The notes: a model not told the origin generated them from the letters alone. 64,000 nucleotides of DNA from an uncultured Nitrospiraceae bacterium (GCA_963727805.1 CAVSHF010000003.1:64001-128000), one strand, 5' to 3'. Positions 38,759 through 49,517 are shown, numbered from the stretch's first letter. Made by a program: numbers and translations.

Positions 38759-40570
38759 GTGAGAAAAAAAATAGAGGATGTCCTGAGAGAACAGGGGCTA
38801 CTCTCAAACGAGCAACTTGAAAATGCAATTGAGCACCAGAAGATTACCAGAAAAAATCTGGGGGAAACTCTCGTCACTCTCAACTATGCTACAAAAGAAC
38901 AAGTAGTCGAAGCCTTGGCTGAGGCGTTTTCTCTGCCAATAATCGTCTTCGCGAATAATATAGACATAGTACTACGTCAGGAACTCAAGACTATCATACC
39001 AAAGAAGATGGCCAAGGAGAAGATTATCTTCCCGCTTGAGAAGACCGATTCCACTCTTGTGCTGGTCATGGCTAACCCCATGGATTACAGCACGATAGAC
39101 GACATATCGTTCAACACCAAGCTTAGGATATCCACGATGATCTCCTACGAAAGCGCAATTCTCGAAGCAATAGAACATTATTATGAAGAAGGAGCGAGTA
39201 GTCTCGGACTTCTTGACAATTACAGCTCGAATATCAGCGCCGACATCGACGCCGAAAACGAAGTCCAGTTCTTCTCTGAGGCGCAAAAAGTAGAAGAAAC
39301 TGACTCCAATATAGAGTCGCTGTACTCAAAGAGCAAGGCTCCCCCAATCGTTAAACTGGTTGCCATGATGATCGCAGAGGCTATCAAGATGAGTGCCAGC
39401 GACATCCATATCGAGCCCCAGCGCGGCATGATACAGGTGCGGTTCAGGGTCGATGGAGACCTTAGGAATATCTTCACATATGAACGGAATATACACGACT
39501 CTGTCATATCCCGCATCAAAATCATCTCAAATTTGGACATTACCAACCGCCGTCTGCCGCAGGACGGTGGTAGCCATGTCATGCTCAAAGGTAAGGAGAT
39601 CGACCTCAGGATATCCACGATACCCTCCATATACGGAGAAAAGATAGTCATCAGGCTACTTGAGCAAAGTTCAGGCGTCGTCACACTACAGGGGCTTGGC
39701 ATGCCTGAGGCTATGAGAAACTCGATTTCCAGCATTCTGAGGCGTCCGCAGGGTATGCTCATCGTTACAGGACCGACAGGGAGCGGCAAAACAACTACCC
39801 TTTATGCCGCACTTAATCATATGCGGTCGGAGACCAGGAATATTGTGACAATCGAAGACCCTGTTGAGTACAAAGTCGATGGCATTACACAGATACAGGT
39901 GAAGGACGATATCGGAAGAACCTTTGCCAATATCCTAAGGTCCGTTCTACGGCAAGACCCTGACGTAATTAAGGTGGGCGAGATTCGTGATGCCGAAACA
40001 GCAGAAATTGCCATGAGAGCATCCATGACAGGGCATCTGGTGCTGACGACTCTCCATACTAACAGTACTGCCGCGACGATAACGCGCCTCATCGATATGG
40101 GCGTAGCTCCTTATCTGCTTGGCTCATCTCTTAGCGCAATACTGGCACAGCGCCTTGTTAAGAAGATATGTCCATATTGCAAGGTTGAGTTGCCGGTATC
40201 CGATGAGCTTCTGGCACTTATGGAAGGATTCGAATTGCCTGAGATAACGAGGCATTACAAAGGAGAGGGTTGCCAGCATTGTTACAAAACAGGCTATCTC
40301 GGGAGAACGGCAGTTTATGAGTACCTCCCTGTTAGCCTCGGCGTTAAGACGCTGCTCTTCAAAGATGCATCGGAGATAACTATAGCTAGGGTTGCCAAGC
40401 AGGAAGGCGTTAAACTTTTGTTCGTCGATGCATGGGAAAAGGTCGGGCAGGGTATCACTACTGCCGAGGATGTATTGGCGAAGATCCCTTTTGAAGAGGG
40501 ACTGGTTAGCAAGCTACCCCAGACCTCTCGTGGAGCGGTAGAACTCGTGGAAGCAGTCATTTTGTCATAG
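38759..40570 (+). CDS. GspE/PulE/PilB-family assembly ATPase
   Basis: ASDIHIEP, RRLPQDG, GPTGSGKTTT, TIEDPVEY, LRQDPD, tetracysteine motif. Confidence 0.95.
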   Translation: MRKKIEDVLREQGLLSNEQLENAIEHQKITRKNLGETLVTLNYATKEQVVEALAEAFSLPIIVFANNIDIVLRQELKTIIPKKMAKEKIIFPLEKTDSTLVLVMANPMDYSTIDDISFNTKLRISTMISYESAILEAIEHYYEEGASSLGLLDNYSSNISADIDAENEVQFFSEAQKVEETDSNIESLYSKSKAPPIVKLVAMMIAEAIKMSASDIHIEPQRGMIQVRFRVDGDLRNIFTYERNIHDSVISRIKIISNLDITNRRLPQDGGSHVMLKGKEIDLRISTIPSIYGEKIVIRLLEQSSGVVTLQGLGMPEAMRNSISSILRRPQGMLIVTGPTGSGKTTTLYAALNHMRSETRNIVTIEDPVEYKVDGITQIQVKDDIGRTFANILRSVLRQDPDVIKVGEIRDAETAEIAMRASMTGHLVLTTLHTNSTAATITRLIDMGVAPYLLGSSLSAILAQRLVKKICPYCKVELPVSDELLALMEGFELPEITRHYKGEGCQHCYKTGYLGRTAVYEYLPVSLGVKTLLFKDASEITIARVAKQEGVKLLFVDAWEKVGQGITTAEDVLAKIPFEEGLVSKLPQTSRGAVELVEAVILS

Positions 40571-40835
40571 CTGAACAGCAAGGATTAAAATGCAGAAAAG
40601 AAACAAAATGGTAATGTACAGTAAGGGAAACAAGATTAATAATGAAGGTTGAGGCTGCCAACCACGGAGCTCAGCCCTAGTCCGCGAACGGTGGTTCAGT
40701 GCTGGCGCGTGTGTACACCGCTTCTAAGGGATTCGATTAATATTCGATCAGAGCTGGCTATTTTTATGCCAAATACTGCGGGTGTCGCCCCATTCCCGTG
40801 AAGGTTGCTGAAGAAATGAAAAAAAGGGGAATTAC

Positions 40836-40980
40836 CAGTCAGTAACACTCACCGACAAGCAATTTCTCATGGGAGAAAAGGATGGTAAGTCCGTCACCCT
40901 TGCGGGTGTGCTTCGCTTGCTTCGCTCGGGCAGTGATCGACTGCCGGTTATCATTTTGATACATGGCTCGGAAGGAATCC
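40836..40980 (+). pseudogene. Dienelactone hydrolase-like N-terminal relic
   Basis: QSVTLTDKQFLMGEKDGKSVTLAGVLRL...DRLPVIILIHGSEG, then similarity ends. Confidence 0.6.
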
Positions 40981-41049
40981 AGATGACTCAGGTGTCGCCT
41001 TGTCGATAACGAACATACGGAAGGAGCTGCCCACCACAGATACTATAGC

Positions 41050-41175
41050 TTGGTGGAATATCGCATTTATCAGCCGTACAGATCAAGGCGCTGGTGCAAG
41101 AGACACTCGACGAAGCGGCGACGATAGTTTTTTTTGGACATCATCATATTCATGGCACTGGCGGCACTGGAGTTC
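41050..41175 (+). pseudogene. Gene relic, paralogous to 15590-15745
   Basis: QETLDEAATIVFFGHHHIHGTGGT; shares TGGCACTGGCGGCACTG with the 15.7 kb copy. Confidence 0.5.
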
Positions 41176-41180
41176 TTAGG

Positions 41181-41273
41181 TGCAGGCCATATTTTCACGA
41201 AAAGAGCTTCGGTGTCGACATCTCCAATGCCGCCTATGCTCTGGATGCTACGGCTATCGATCTCTGCCTGTCG
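41181..41273 (+). pseudogene. IS4-family transposase fragment
   Basis: FGVDISNAAYALDATAIDLCLS matches the IS4 YALDxTTIDLCLS motif. Confidence 0.7.
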
Positions 41274-41564
41274 GTCGATGCGGCAAGCAGGTCGATAATA
41301 AGTTAATGTTCTTCTGCCAGATAAAGAGAGGGAGATTCGGGGGGAGCATTCTTTGTAGTAATTGTCAAAAAAGGTATCGAGCGGTCTTATGATTACTCGT
41401 TAGCCACAATAACAGATAAAGAAGCCATTATTAGCGGTCAGGTAGCGTAATGAGGGGTAAAGAATGACAAAATCGGTTTATTCGTTGAGAAATGCTATAG
41501 AATTACGATGATGTTGGCGGAGAAAAATGGCTGACCGCCGAGCCGCTTAATAGGAGGAGTTTTT

Positions 41565-41984
41565 ATGGAAGGCAAATTTATTAAAATCGCTCAAGAGATT
41601 TTAAGAGTCGCAGCAGACGGTGGCCTGAGACAGGATCAGATTCTTGCTATTGTTGGTCGTGAAGCCGAAGGCAAAATTAATTGCTATCCCGGCGATGCCG
41701 TGCATAAATGTTTTCCGACGGCGGTATTTGTCGCTCTGGAGGGCAAGCTAAAGAGCGGCCGGTGTCACTACAATTTTGAAAGGAGCCTGAAGGCTATGGT
41801 GAAGCATGTGCTTGGCGCATGTCCCAATGTTACAAGAGATGTCGTGCTGATTACCGATTCGTGGTGGGCTCCTATTTTTGAGACGTGGCAGGCGAATCTA
41901 AATACAATGATTCAAAGTGGTATTAATGTGGAGATATATATCATATTGTATCCGAATATAATTAACCAACTAGGCATATTATGA
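41565..41984 (+). CDS. Hypothetical protein
   Basis: AGGAGG RBS; 139-aa ORF. Confidence 0.75.
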   Translation: MEGKFIKIAQEILRVAADGGLRQDQILAIVGREAEGKINCYPGDAVHKCFPTAVFVALEGKLKSGRCHYNFERSLKAMVKHVLGACPNVTRDVVLITDSWWAPIFETWQANLNTMIQSGINVEIYIILYPNIINQLGIL

Positions 41985-42271
41985 CGCACCACAATATTTG
42001 ATTAGCCGAAAGGGAAGAATCATATTAGAATGTTAAGGCCGCTTTAAACGGAAAGAAGCGCTCGCTTAATGTGCTTGCTGAGTGAAACATGATCACCTGA
42101 ATGCATCCTTTGTGATTTCAGTCACCGACTCGGGTCATCTAACTGTGTCAATATTTACTTGAGAATCAGGATTGAGGAGCTTAAAGGAATCACCCACTTC
42201 GAGTGATTCGCAGCGACACTAATGTGGAAGAAGGCTGACGATGGAAAAATATGGGTATCCAATTAATAGCT

Positions 42272-42625
42272 ATGAAACGTGATTGGGAACTGATCAGAGA
42301 AATACTCACACGGCTTGAGAAAACTCAGTCGTCCAAGGCATGTCTCCGTTCTGACGAGCTGTCTGATTACGATGCTGATGATGTTGCGTACCAAATGAAA
42401 ATGCTGATCCAAGCGGGGCTAATAGAGGGACTACGCGGTTGCAGGCACTGCACTGCCTACAGCCTCACATGGGAAGGACATGAATTCCTTGATACGGTAA
42501 GGTCAAAGCCTATATGGGATAGTGCGACAATAATGCTTCAAGAGAAGGGCATCGAGATGTCCATCGATGCCTTCAAAACAGCCGCAAGAATCGCTATCGG
42601 AGGCATATTTGGGGAGCGACAGTGA
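42272..42625 (+). CDS. DUF2513 domain protein
   Basis: MKRDWELIREIL...LTWEGHEFLDTVR..IW. Confidence 0.85.
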   Translation: MKRDWELIREILTRLEKTQSSKACLRSDELSDYDADDVAYQMKMLIQAGLIEGLRGCRHCTAYSLTWEGHEFLDTVRSKPIWDSATIMLQEKGIEMSIDAFKTAARIAIGGIFGERQ

Positions 42626-43312
42626 ATTGCAGCCTCCACAACCATAGCCACACATTCCCTTATTTCACATCCTTGTAACAGGCAGCATTTATGTTTACCA
42701 TGACTGTCAACAATTCTTGACCAGATTTCTCCTAGACACTTTTTCACATCTGTAGTCCTAAACATGTTGATTTGAGCTCGCGTGTAACTCCTTATACTGT
42801 TCGGCCTCAGAAAACGAACTGCGGGAGCATTGTATTTCTGGTAATCCATCATCAGGTGATCTGGGAAACAGGCAAGATACACTTGTCAATGTTCACATAT
42901 AGATAATTGCTTCACCTTCTACTACTCACTTCTGCAGTGTCGCCAGAAATGATTTTTTTCAAAAGAAAATGTCGTCATCCTGGAATCAGCTTTTGCTGTG
43001 GTTGAGCTAAGATTGATCAATACTTTAGAAAAAAGGAAGCCAAAGGGCAGCGTAATTCCGTTCCGCAAATATATGTTTGCGGAACCGCTCTCAATCCCCC
43101 TTACCAATGTAAAGAAGAATAGGGGGGGATGCGGCAACAGGCCTGATATCAAAGGCAATGCTTTGAACTTATAACCCCGGGCCACAGGTCTAAAGCATCT
43201 CTATATCACCACAAAAGATCTGCAGATCCCCATATCCGGGATGGACATACTGAACTCGGCAACTGCCTGCCGGGTTTTCTATTCGACTATTTTCGATGAG
43301 GGATCCATCTTA

Positions 43313-43651
43313 TTATTCTTTATTGCGGACACCATAGCGCGAGCGAAAAAAACTGTCGAATTCTTCATCGACCGTTTGAATTCCATGTTTATCCAAAAAA
43401 TACCTTCTTTCCTCATTCGCCGCATTTAGGGGCTGTATTGCGAATGTGTTGAATTGATTGATGATCTCATTAGTTTTGTCATCCTTGATGTAGAGATAGT
43501 GGGTCGTTTTCTGGTTCACAACGATAAACAAGTGAACCGCGTAATCAACCAAATATGCGTGTGTCACCTCTTTTGCAGACAGGGCGTTCTGCATATGCCT
43601 CTTTACGTCGTTCGCTTTCGTCTCATACATTTGAGATGGACCTCCTTCCAC
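43313..43651 (-). CDS. Hypothetical protein
   Basis: 112-aa ORF; internal GGAGG suggests the start is at MYETK. Confidence 0.6.
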   Translation of the reverse strand: MEGGPSQMYETKANDVKRHMQNALSAKEVTHAYLVDYAVHLFIVVNQKTTHYLYIKDDKTNEIINQFNTFAIQPLNAANEERRYFLDKHGIQTVDEEFDSFFRSRYGVRNKE

Positions 43652-43928
43652 AAAATACGTGCTAATTACAATTTATGCTTTTTCAAGGATTCTGCAAACC
43701 GTTGCTCCTTGTCCATACAATGTCCTCTAGTGGGTGCATGCGACAGGGAGAAACGGGCCTGAGTATTTGCATTTGCACTGTGCGGCGAATCTATGCCTGC
43801 CTAGCGAGTGGAGTTCCGTGAGGATTTGATATTACTTCTCGCCTGATAATCAGCACTTTTCGCCTCTTGAGTCGGACGCGAAATTCTGGTAACAACCTGG
43901 CTTCCCAGGCTTATCTTCTGATCTTTGA

Positions 43929-44099
43929 TCATTTCTTCCTAGCATTCGCTTTTTTCACAGGCTCGTCAAACAGACTCGGACGATAATATCTGGCTAGAGC
44001 ACCACACCTATTGCGCTTCGGGCAGTTCTGCTCGCAGGCAACTACATAGCGTGTAGATCCCTTAATTGGACATATAATCTTATCGTTTGGGTTATTCAT
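43929..44099 (-). CDS. Small four-Cys protein (56 aa, below the ORF-track cutoff)
   Basis: MNNPNDKIICPIKGSTRYVVACEQNCPKRNRCGALARYYRPSLFDEPVKKANARKK; starts 37 nt after the upstream stop on the same strand. Confidence 0.45.
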   Translation of the reverse strand: MNNPNDKIICPIKGSTRYVVACEQNCPKRNRCGALARYYRPSLFDEPVKKANARKK

Positions 44100-44135
44100 A
44101 TCGGTGGCGTCCCGTCCAATACCTACGCTGATAGG

Positions 44136-44534
44136 CTAAAGGTCAATTTGCTTCTTTGATCTCTTTTTGCCTATTACTTTTTCAATCGGCTCAACCCCAA
44201 AACGGAGGTCGTTTATCTTGATTGCATCAACAATATCCTCAGCCACAGTTTCAAAATTCTCTGACGCTTCCGGCAAGTAGAGCCACTTCTTCAGGACCGG
44301 ATGCTGAACGATGTCACTAAAATCTTTCAGGATACTGGCGTGAAATTGATGGTCAGTCGGGATTAATAGCCCCTTCCACGGTTCTTTTCCTGACGATAAT
44401 AGCAAGGACAGGCGACCATGGAGATAAACAGCAAGACACCCAAACATGTTTTTTTCCAAATAGCTCCGTTCTTCCTCAATGGATTCAACAACCCAACGGA
44501 GGGGGGGGGCTTTCTTTTTATGTCGGGTAACCAT
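44136..44534 (-). CDS. TfoX-N-like hypothetical protein
   Basis: KNMFGCLAVYLHGRL...PWKGLLIPT...HPVLKKWLYL. Confidence 0.7.
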   Translation of the reverse strand: MVTRHKKKAPPLRWVVESIEEERSYLEKNMFGCLAVYLHGRLSLLLSSGKEPWKGLLIPTDHQFHASILKDFSDIVQHPVLKKWLYLPEASENFETVAEDIVDAIKINDLRFGVEPIEKVIGKKRSKKQIDL

Positions 44535-45476
44535 ATCGGGTCAAGATTATTGCACAAGGTTCTCCAAATATCCTAGTGTCAATTGTCTATTTCACGTAAG
44601 CAAAACATACCTATATGATAATTGTTGCAAAAAACAAGAGGTAGATGGCACCTATGCCCCCTACCTCACTTTTTAAAGGTTGCCAGAAACGCCTGGTAAC
44701 CGCTTTGGTTAGCCGACGACGTTAAAACTTCTTATTTGCTTCATTTCCGTCAGCTAACTTGGGGCTGTTTATCGCAGCCTCTTTGCCTCTTTCGAGACTC
44801 CTTTCTCCCGTATCAAACGCTCTATCTGGAGAAAGGCTTAGAGAGAGTTCCTCTCCCTCTAATTTATTATACCCTGCAATGCGTCTATGGTAGACAACAG
44901 CTCTTCTACCGGAGGAGTTTCGACTGATGTTTTAGGCTTCCCTCTTGTATCTGAGGGTTTGTTCGCCACATCTGACACCCACTCCCTTACACTTAATTGT
45001 TCCTTTGTCTTGCCATAGAACCAATTGCCAGCTCTAATTAATCTTAGTTTAGCTCTAGATTTGTGGGTTGTCAAGACAAATTATAGTTACGGCTGGAAAA
45101 TAACGCTGTATATTCAATAAATTAACCAATGCCTTCCATATCTTAAAGTTCAATCGGAGTTTTATGAGATATTATTTGATTTGTATAATGACCGAAGGTA
45201 GTTCCTTCAAAAAACTCTCCGACGCAATCAGTGACATTTCTCTCACGATATATGAAAGGATCAGCCGTTACTGGAGTCCAGCAGGGAAAGAGCCCATGGC
45301 ATGCAAGCAGTTCCTCTGGATATATCTATAGCAGAGCAGGGCAAAAAATCTTCTCCGCCTTTGTCTATTCGGGATTATCTTAGGAAAAGGATCCACTTGA
45401 TAATACTCAGATTACTCATTACAATCTATCAATGATGGTAAGATAAATTTCACTTCATCTTTTGGAGGGTACTTTA

Positions 45477-46043
45477 ATGAAAAGAAATTTGGGAGCAATG
45501 AATTGCCTTTACCCTATGCCAATCACGCTAGTAGGTGCGACTGTAAACGGAAAACCGAATTTTCTCACAGTCGCCCATGTGGGCATTATGAACCATGCGC
45601 AGCCAACATACATATCCGTAGGGTTGGGGAAGATGCATTATACGAATGCGGGGATTAAGGAAAACCGCACTTTCAGCGTGAATATTCCCTCCGAAGATAT
45701 GGTAGTAGAAACAGATTTCTGCGGTATCGTTTCGGGTAAACAGACTGATAAGAGCACATTGTTTGAACTATTTGCCGGTGAACTCAAGACTGCTCCCATG
45801 ATTACAAAATGTCCCGTTAATATTGAGTGTCGGCTTTATAATACCATCGATTTTCCTACCCACGATGTATTCATCGGTGAAATCGTGGCAGCCTACTGCA
45901 ATGAAGACGTTATTCGCGACGGCACGGTTGATCTGATCAAAGTAAAGCCTATGCTCTTCGACATGGGGAGGAAAAGCTACTGGAAGCTCGGGGAACCTTT
46001 CGCACAGTGCTGGCATGTCGGGAAGCAACTTAACCCCAAGTAA
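45477..46043 (+). CDS. Flavin reductase-family (flavoredoxin-like) protein
   Basis: LYPMPITLVG, GKPN, FSVNIP, DFCGIVSG, ECRL, FIGEI. Confidence 0.92.
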   Translation: MKRNLGAMNCLYPMPITLVGATVNGKPNFLTVAHVGIMNHAQPTYISVGLGKMHYTNAGIKENRTFSVNIPSEDMVVETDFCGIVSGKQTDKSTLFELFAGELKTAPMITKCPVNIECRLYNTIDFPTHDVFIGEIVAAYCNEDVIRDGTVDLIKVKPMLFDMGRKSYWKLGEPFAQCWHVGKQLNPK

Positions 46044-46236
46044 CTTTTCGTATGCAGTACTGTGTCTAACTTTATCAACCTTCCAGAAAGATCACTCAAT
46101 GATGTACTGGCAATTATTATGCTGATTTAAGATTAAAAGTCTTGGGTGACAGTTGGAGGAAGGACGATCATACAAAGAGGTGGCCCCCATTGGTTGGACA
46201 GCTTTGGGGCTGATTTAAGGTGGAAGCCACCGGTCA

Positions 46237-47103
46237 TCATGCCGCCAGTTTTCCCGGGCAACCTGCCTTTGGCAGATTCCAGTATGCTTCATGAGGCGTC
46301 CTGTCGTCCAGAGAAGAATGAGGACGCTCCTCGTTATACTGCTTGATCCACTCGCCGATGCCATTTCTTGCTTCATTGCCGGTCTCAAATGCGTATCTAT
46401 AAACGCAATCATACTTCAGTGATCGCCATAGCCGTTCAACCATCACGTTATCCACCCAGCGGCCTTTTCCGTCCATTGATATCTTTACACCGGAATCCAG
46501 GAGCGTCTGTGTGAACTCAATACTGGTGAACTGGCTGCCTTGATCGGTATTGAAGATCCCTGGTTTGCCGTATCTGGCCAAGGCCTCTTTGAGGGCTGTC
46601 ACACAGAAAGCAGCTTCCATAGTGTTGCTGAGCCGCCAGCTTAAAACCTTTCGGCTCGCCCAGTCCATAATCGCCACCAAATATAGAAATCCCCGTCGCA
46701 TCGGGATGAAGCTGATATCGGCGCACCACACCTGGTTTGGCTCCGTAATGTTCAAGCCTCTAAGCAGATAGGGATAGACCTTGTGCTCAGGATGCGGTTT
46801 GCTCGTGTTGGGTTTCTGGTACATCGCCATTAGCCCCATCTTCTGCATCAATCGACTTACCCGCTTCCTGTTTACCCAATATCCCTGCCGCCGTAAATAG
46901 CGCGCCATCTGACGGGCTCCATATTCCGGGGTCTTCAGAAATTGCTCGTCAATTAGGCGCATCAACTCCAGATTCTGTGCCGATTCTCCCATTGCTTCGT
47001 AATACCACGACGAGCGGCTGATTTGAAGTAGGTTGCACTGTCTCGTAATGCTGAGCCTCGGGTGTTCCGGTTCAATTATCTCTTTCCTTCGATCGCGGCT
47101 CAT
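46237..47103 (-). CDS. IS3 transposase OrfB
   Basis: Protein identical to 3510..4376. Confidence 0.95.
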   Translation of the reverse strand: MSRDRRKEIIEPEHPRLSITRQCNLLQISRSSWYYEAMGESAQNLELMRLIDEQFLKTPEYGARQMARYLRRQGYWVNRKRVSRLMQKMGLMAMYQKPNTSKPHPEHKVYPYLLRGLNITEPNQVWCADISFIPMRRGFLYLVAIMDWASRKVLSWRLSNTMEAAFCVTALKEALARYGKPGIFNTDQGSQFTSIEFTQTLLDSGVKISMDGKGRWVDNVMVERLWRSLKYDCVYRYAFETGNEARNGIGEWIKQYNEERPHSSLDDRTPHEAYWNLPKAGCPGKLAA

Positions 47104-47387
47104 CGATTGAAGGCTTTCGCTAAAAAATCCCGCTCCACTGTCAACTGCCCAATCTTGGCATGCAGTTCCGTGATTTGAGCCTCGTGAGCGTTTTCGTTAC
47201 GACCGTGCTTCCCTGTAAATACATCTGCAAGCCCTTCAATAGCCTGCTTCTTCCACTCGCTAACCTGATTGGGGTGAATATTGTACCGTGATGCGATCTC
47301 TACAATCGTCGATCCCTCCCTCATTGCTTCACGCGCTACCTTTGCTTTGAACTCCCCTGAATATCGGTTCCTCTTTGTTTTGCTCAT
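47100..47387 (-). CDS. IS3 transposase OrfA
   Basis: Protein identical to 3226..3513. Confidence 0.9.
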   Translation of the reverse strand: MSKTKRNRYSGEFKAKVAREAMREGSTIVEIASRYNIHPNQVSEWKKQAIEGLADVFTGKHGRNENAHEAQITELHAKIGQLTVERDFLAKAFNR

Positions 47388-47581
47388 CTCAGTGCGACCT
47401 CCAGTCAATCGTATATTTTACACCTTATACGACTGTCCGATTTCTGGGGTCCACCTCTCAATTTAAGTTGCCAATTCAGAGATTTTTTTAGTGTGTACTT
47501 GGGCATAACTGCTTTTGTTGGACTAGTGGGCAGAAGATCGACAGTATCAGGTCACCTGGAACCTAATGCTCGCCAGCTATC

Positions 47582-48262
47582 TTATTTGATGGAAACAAAG
47601 TTAGGAGATTCCCTAGTGGACATGACTCCGGTAAAGTCTCTACCGACTGCGTCATCAACTGCGCCTATTTTCCTAAAAACGTCATTAAACCATTCGAGAT
47701 AATCATCAACCAGATCGACAGATGAGACAGATGATGCAAACACTTCTATTCTGCTTCTTCCCACTATTTTTTCGAATATCTTACTGCCCGACCCTACATG
47801 CATAAGCATTCCGCCACTGTCCAAGCTCCTGTAAAGCCTCGTGTGATTATGAAACTTGCTAAATAAGAATAAATTGGAGAAATACGCTGATCCAATTGGG
47901 TCAAAAAATGTAGCAATACTTTGGTTTTCCAGCCATGATTGTTGCTGCATGATTTCGGAACGATTAGCAACTTGGAGGAAGCACTCCATATGCGAACGAA
48001 TTGATTTCAAAACATCATCTATATTGGTGATTTCTTGCGCAGTGTCAATATATACATGATCATGTACATTGCCTGCGATACCAAGCGCAACAGTGCCGCG
48101 AGCAGTTAAAAAAATGCTCTGTGCTTCAGGGTTCTTTAAAGTGACACCTTCAGAGACCGTAACTTTGCCACATTTTATGGTTATTGGTCTATCAAATGCC
48201 GCTTTTTTATCACTCAGTAAGATTGAAAAATCTTTGTGCAATAAATTAATTATAAAGTGCAC
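47582..48262 (-). CDS. Hypothetical protein, possibly Ntn-hydrolase/proteasome-beta-like fold
   Basis: GTG start after AAGGGA; ILLSDKK, LGIAG and HVGSGS spacing. Confidence 0.6.
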   Translation of the reverse strand: MHFIINLLHKDFSILLSDKKAAFDRPITIKCGKVTVSEGVTLKNPEAQSIFLTARGTVALGIAGNVHDHVYIDTAQEITNIDDVLKSIRSHMECFLQVANRSEIMQQQSWLENQSIATFFDPIGSAYFSNLFLFSKFHNHTRLYRSLDSGGMLMHVGSGSKIFEKIVGRSRIEVFASSVSSVDLVDDYLEWFNDVFRKIGAVDDAVGRDFTGVMSTRESPNFVSIK

Positions 48263-48488
48263 ACTTGTCCCTTTCCTGCAATCTTTCCGAGAAAGTTGCA
48301 ACGAAGATCATTCATGATTAATTCACACATGAGGACTCTCTCATTAATATAACATTGCTAAGCTGATGAAAAATACCCGATGAACATCAATAAGTTAACT
48401 AACCATGTCTTCAAGACGGAATTTGCGCAGAAGCTGTTCGAGCGTGGAGCTCGCATATGAATCGACTTATAGGGTAGGGCGATAAGGC

Positions 48489-49190
48489 TTAATCTTTTGT
48501 GCGTTCTTCCTCTCTTGCAAGCCGTTCATAGCCGCGGGCATAGGGTCCATAGATTTTGAGCCACATCTGCCTCAAACGCTTGTACCGTGGAGTCTTCTTC
48601 AGCTCCTCTGATGATGGCGGATTCCATTCCTTCTCGGGCTTCAATTGTTTGTTGGGTAGTGTCGCGGCCAACTTCTTGCATTGCTTTGAGTTTCGTTCTG
48701 CTATCTGAGCATCAGACATAAAATCATCCGGTCTCATTGAAGGCTTGGACAGGAATACGGCTCCGAAAAGCTTCCAAGCAGTATCTTTAAGCAGGAGCTC
48801 ATCTCCTGGTCTTGCTCCGTCCCACTCAGGTTCCGGCTTTGGATTTGTTTTTGGTCTGCCGCCTTTCTTCCCGTTCTCCTTGGCTGCGGCCACCTTTTTG
48901 GGGCTGCGCGATCGCCCGCCACGGCGCCCCAGCAATCGAGCGACTCGCTTGACATTCCATTCGTCCCGAGCATCAAGAAGAAATGCGTCAAATTCGTACA
49001 GCTCCTGCTCAGATTCGGCACTACCCGCTGTCAGATCGGACCTGCGTGCATCCACCTCAGCGCCTGCCGGGGCGGTTGACATCTCGCACAAGACAGTCAC
49101 TTCGGGATAGCGTTCTTCTAGTCTTGCCTGCAAGAATTCCTGCTCATCAGGGGACTCCGCGAATAGCTTTCCAGATATCATATCGATCAT
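48489..49190 (-). CDS. Hypothetical protein with a basic LGRRGG...AAAKENGKKGGRPK motif (putative DNA binding)
   Basis: 233-aa ORF; AT-hook-like GGRPK. Confidence 0.65.
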   Translation of the reverse strand: MIDMISGKLFAESPDEQEFLQARLEERYPEVTVLCEMSTAPAGAEVDARRSDLTAGSAESEQELYEFDAFLLDARDEWNVKRVARLLGRRGGRSRSPKKVAAAKENGKKGGRPKTNPKPEPEWDGARPGDELLLKDTAWKLFGAVFLSKPSMRPDDFMSDAQIAERNSKQCKKLAATLPNKQLKPEKEWNPPSSEELKKTPRYKRLRQMWLKIYGPYARGYERLAREEERTKD

Positions 49191-49517
49191 TATACCCTAT
49201 CGCTTAGGTTATAAGCTAGAAATATATAAACCCAATAGCTTTGGATATTATGCAGAAGTGACTCCTTACATCAATACCTGAAGGGGAGTATAGGAAAAAA
49301 ATTTAGGTCCGGGAGGGTGAAATGATATGTCAACGGCGTTAGTGGGGATCTGCGACACAATCATATTACAATCAGCGTTTAGCAAGTTGGCGGTCGCTAA
49401 ATTCAGGCGGAACGTCTGGGAAAGGACATTAGATGTTGTAAACACGATGACAATAAATAGTCATAAACTACTAAAATAGCCTAAGATAGCTTGAAATAAT
49501 AAGAATCGAGGCATACT

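Larger units (their letters stand above)
46176..47458 (-). mobile_element. IS3-family element, copy 2 (1283 bp, inverted relative to copy 1)
   Basis: Same IRs as copy 1; CAA duplicated on both flanks; identical proteins. Confidence 0.95.

Noticed and set aside
41094..41306. Intact 70-aa gene
   Set aside because: Chimera of a gene relic and an IS4 transposase fragment
43060..43085. Palindrome GTTCCGCAAATATATGTTTGCGGAAC as a terminator or REP
   Set aside because: No U-tract, no adjacent gene end and no second copy seen
41400..45400. Integron cassette array among short hypothetical genes
   Set aside because: Mixed orientations, no recurring attC-like sites recognised and no intI
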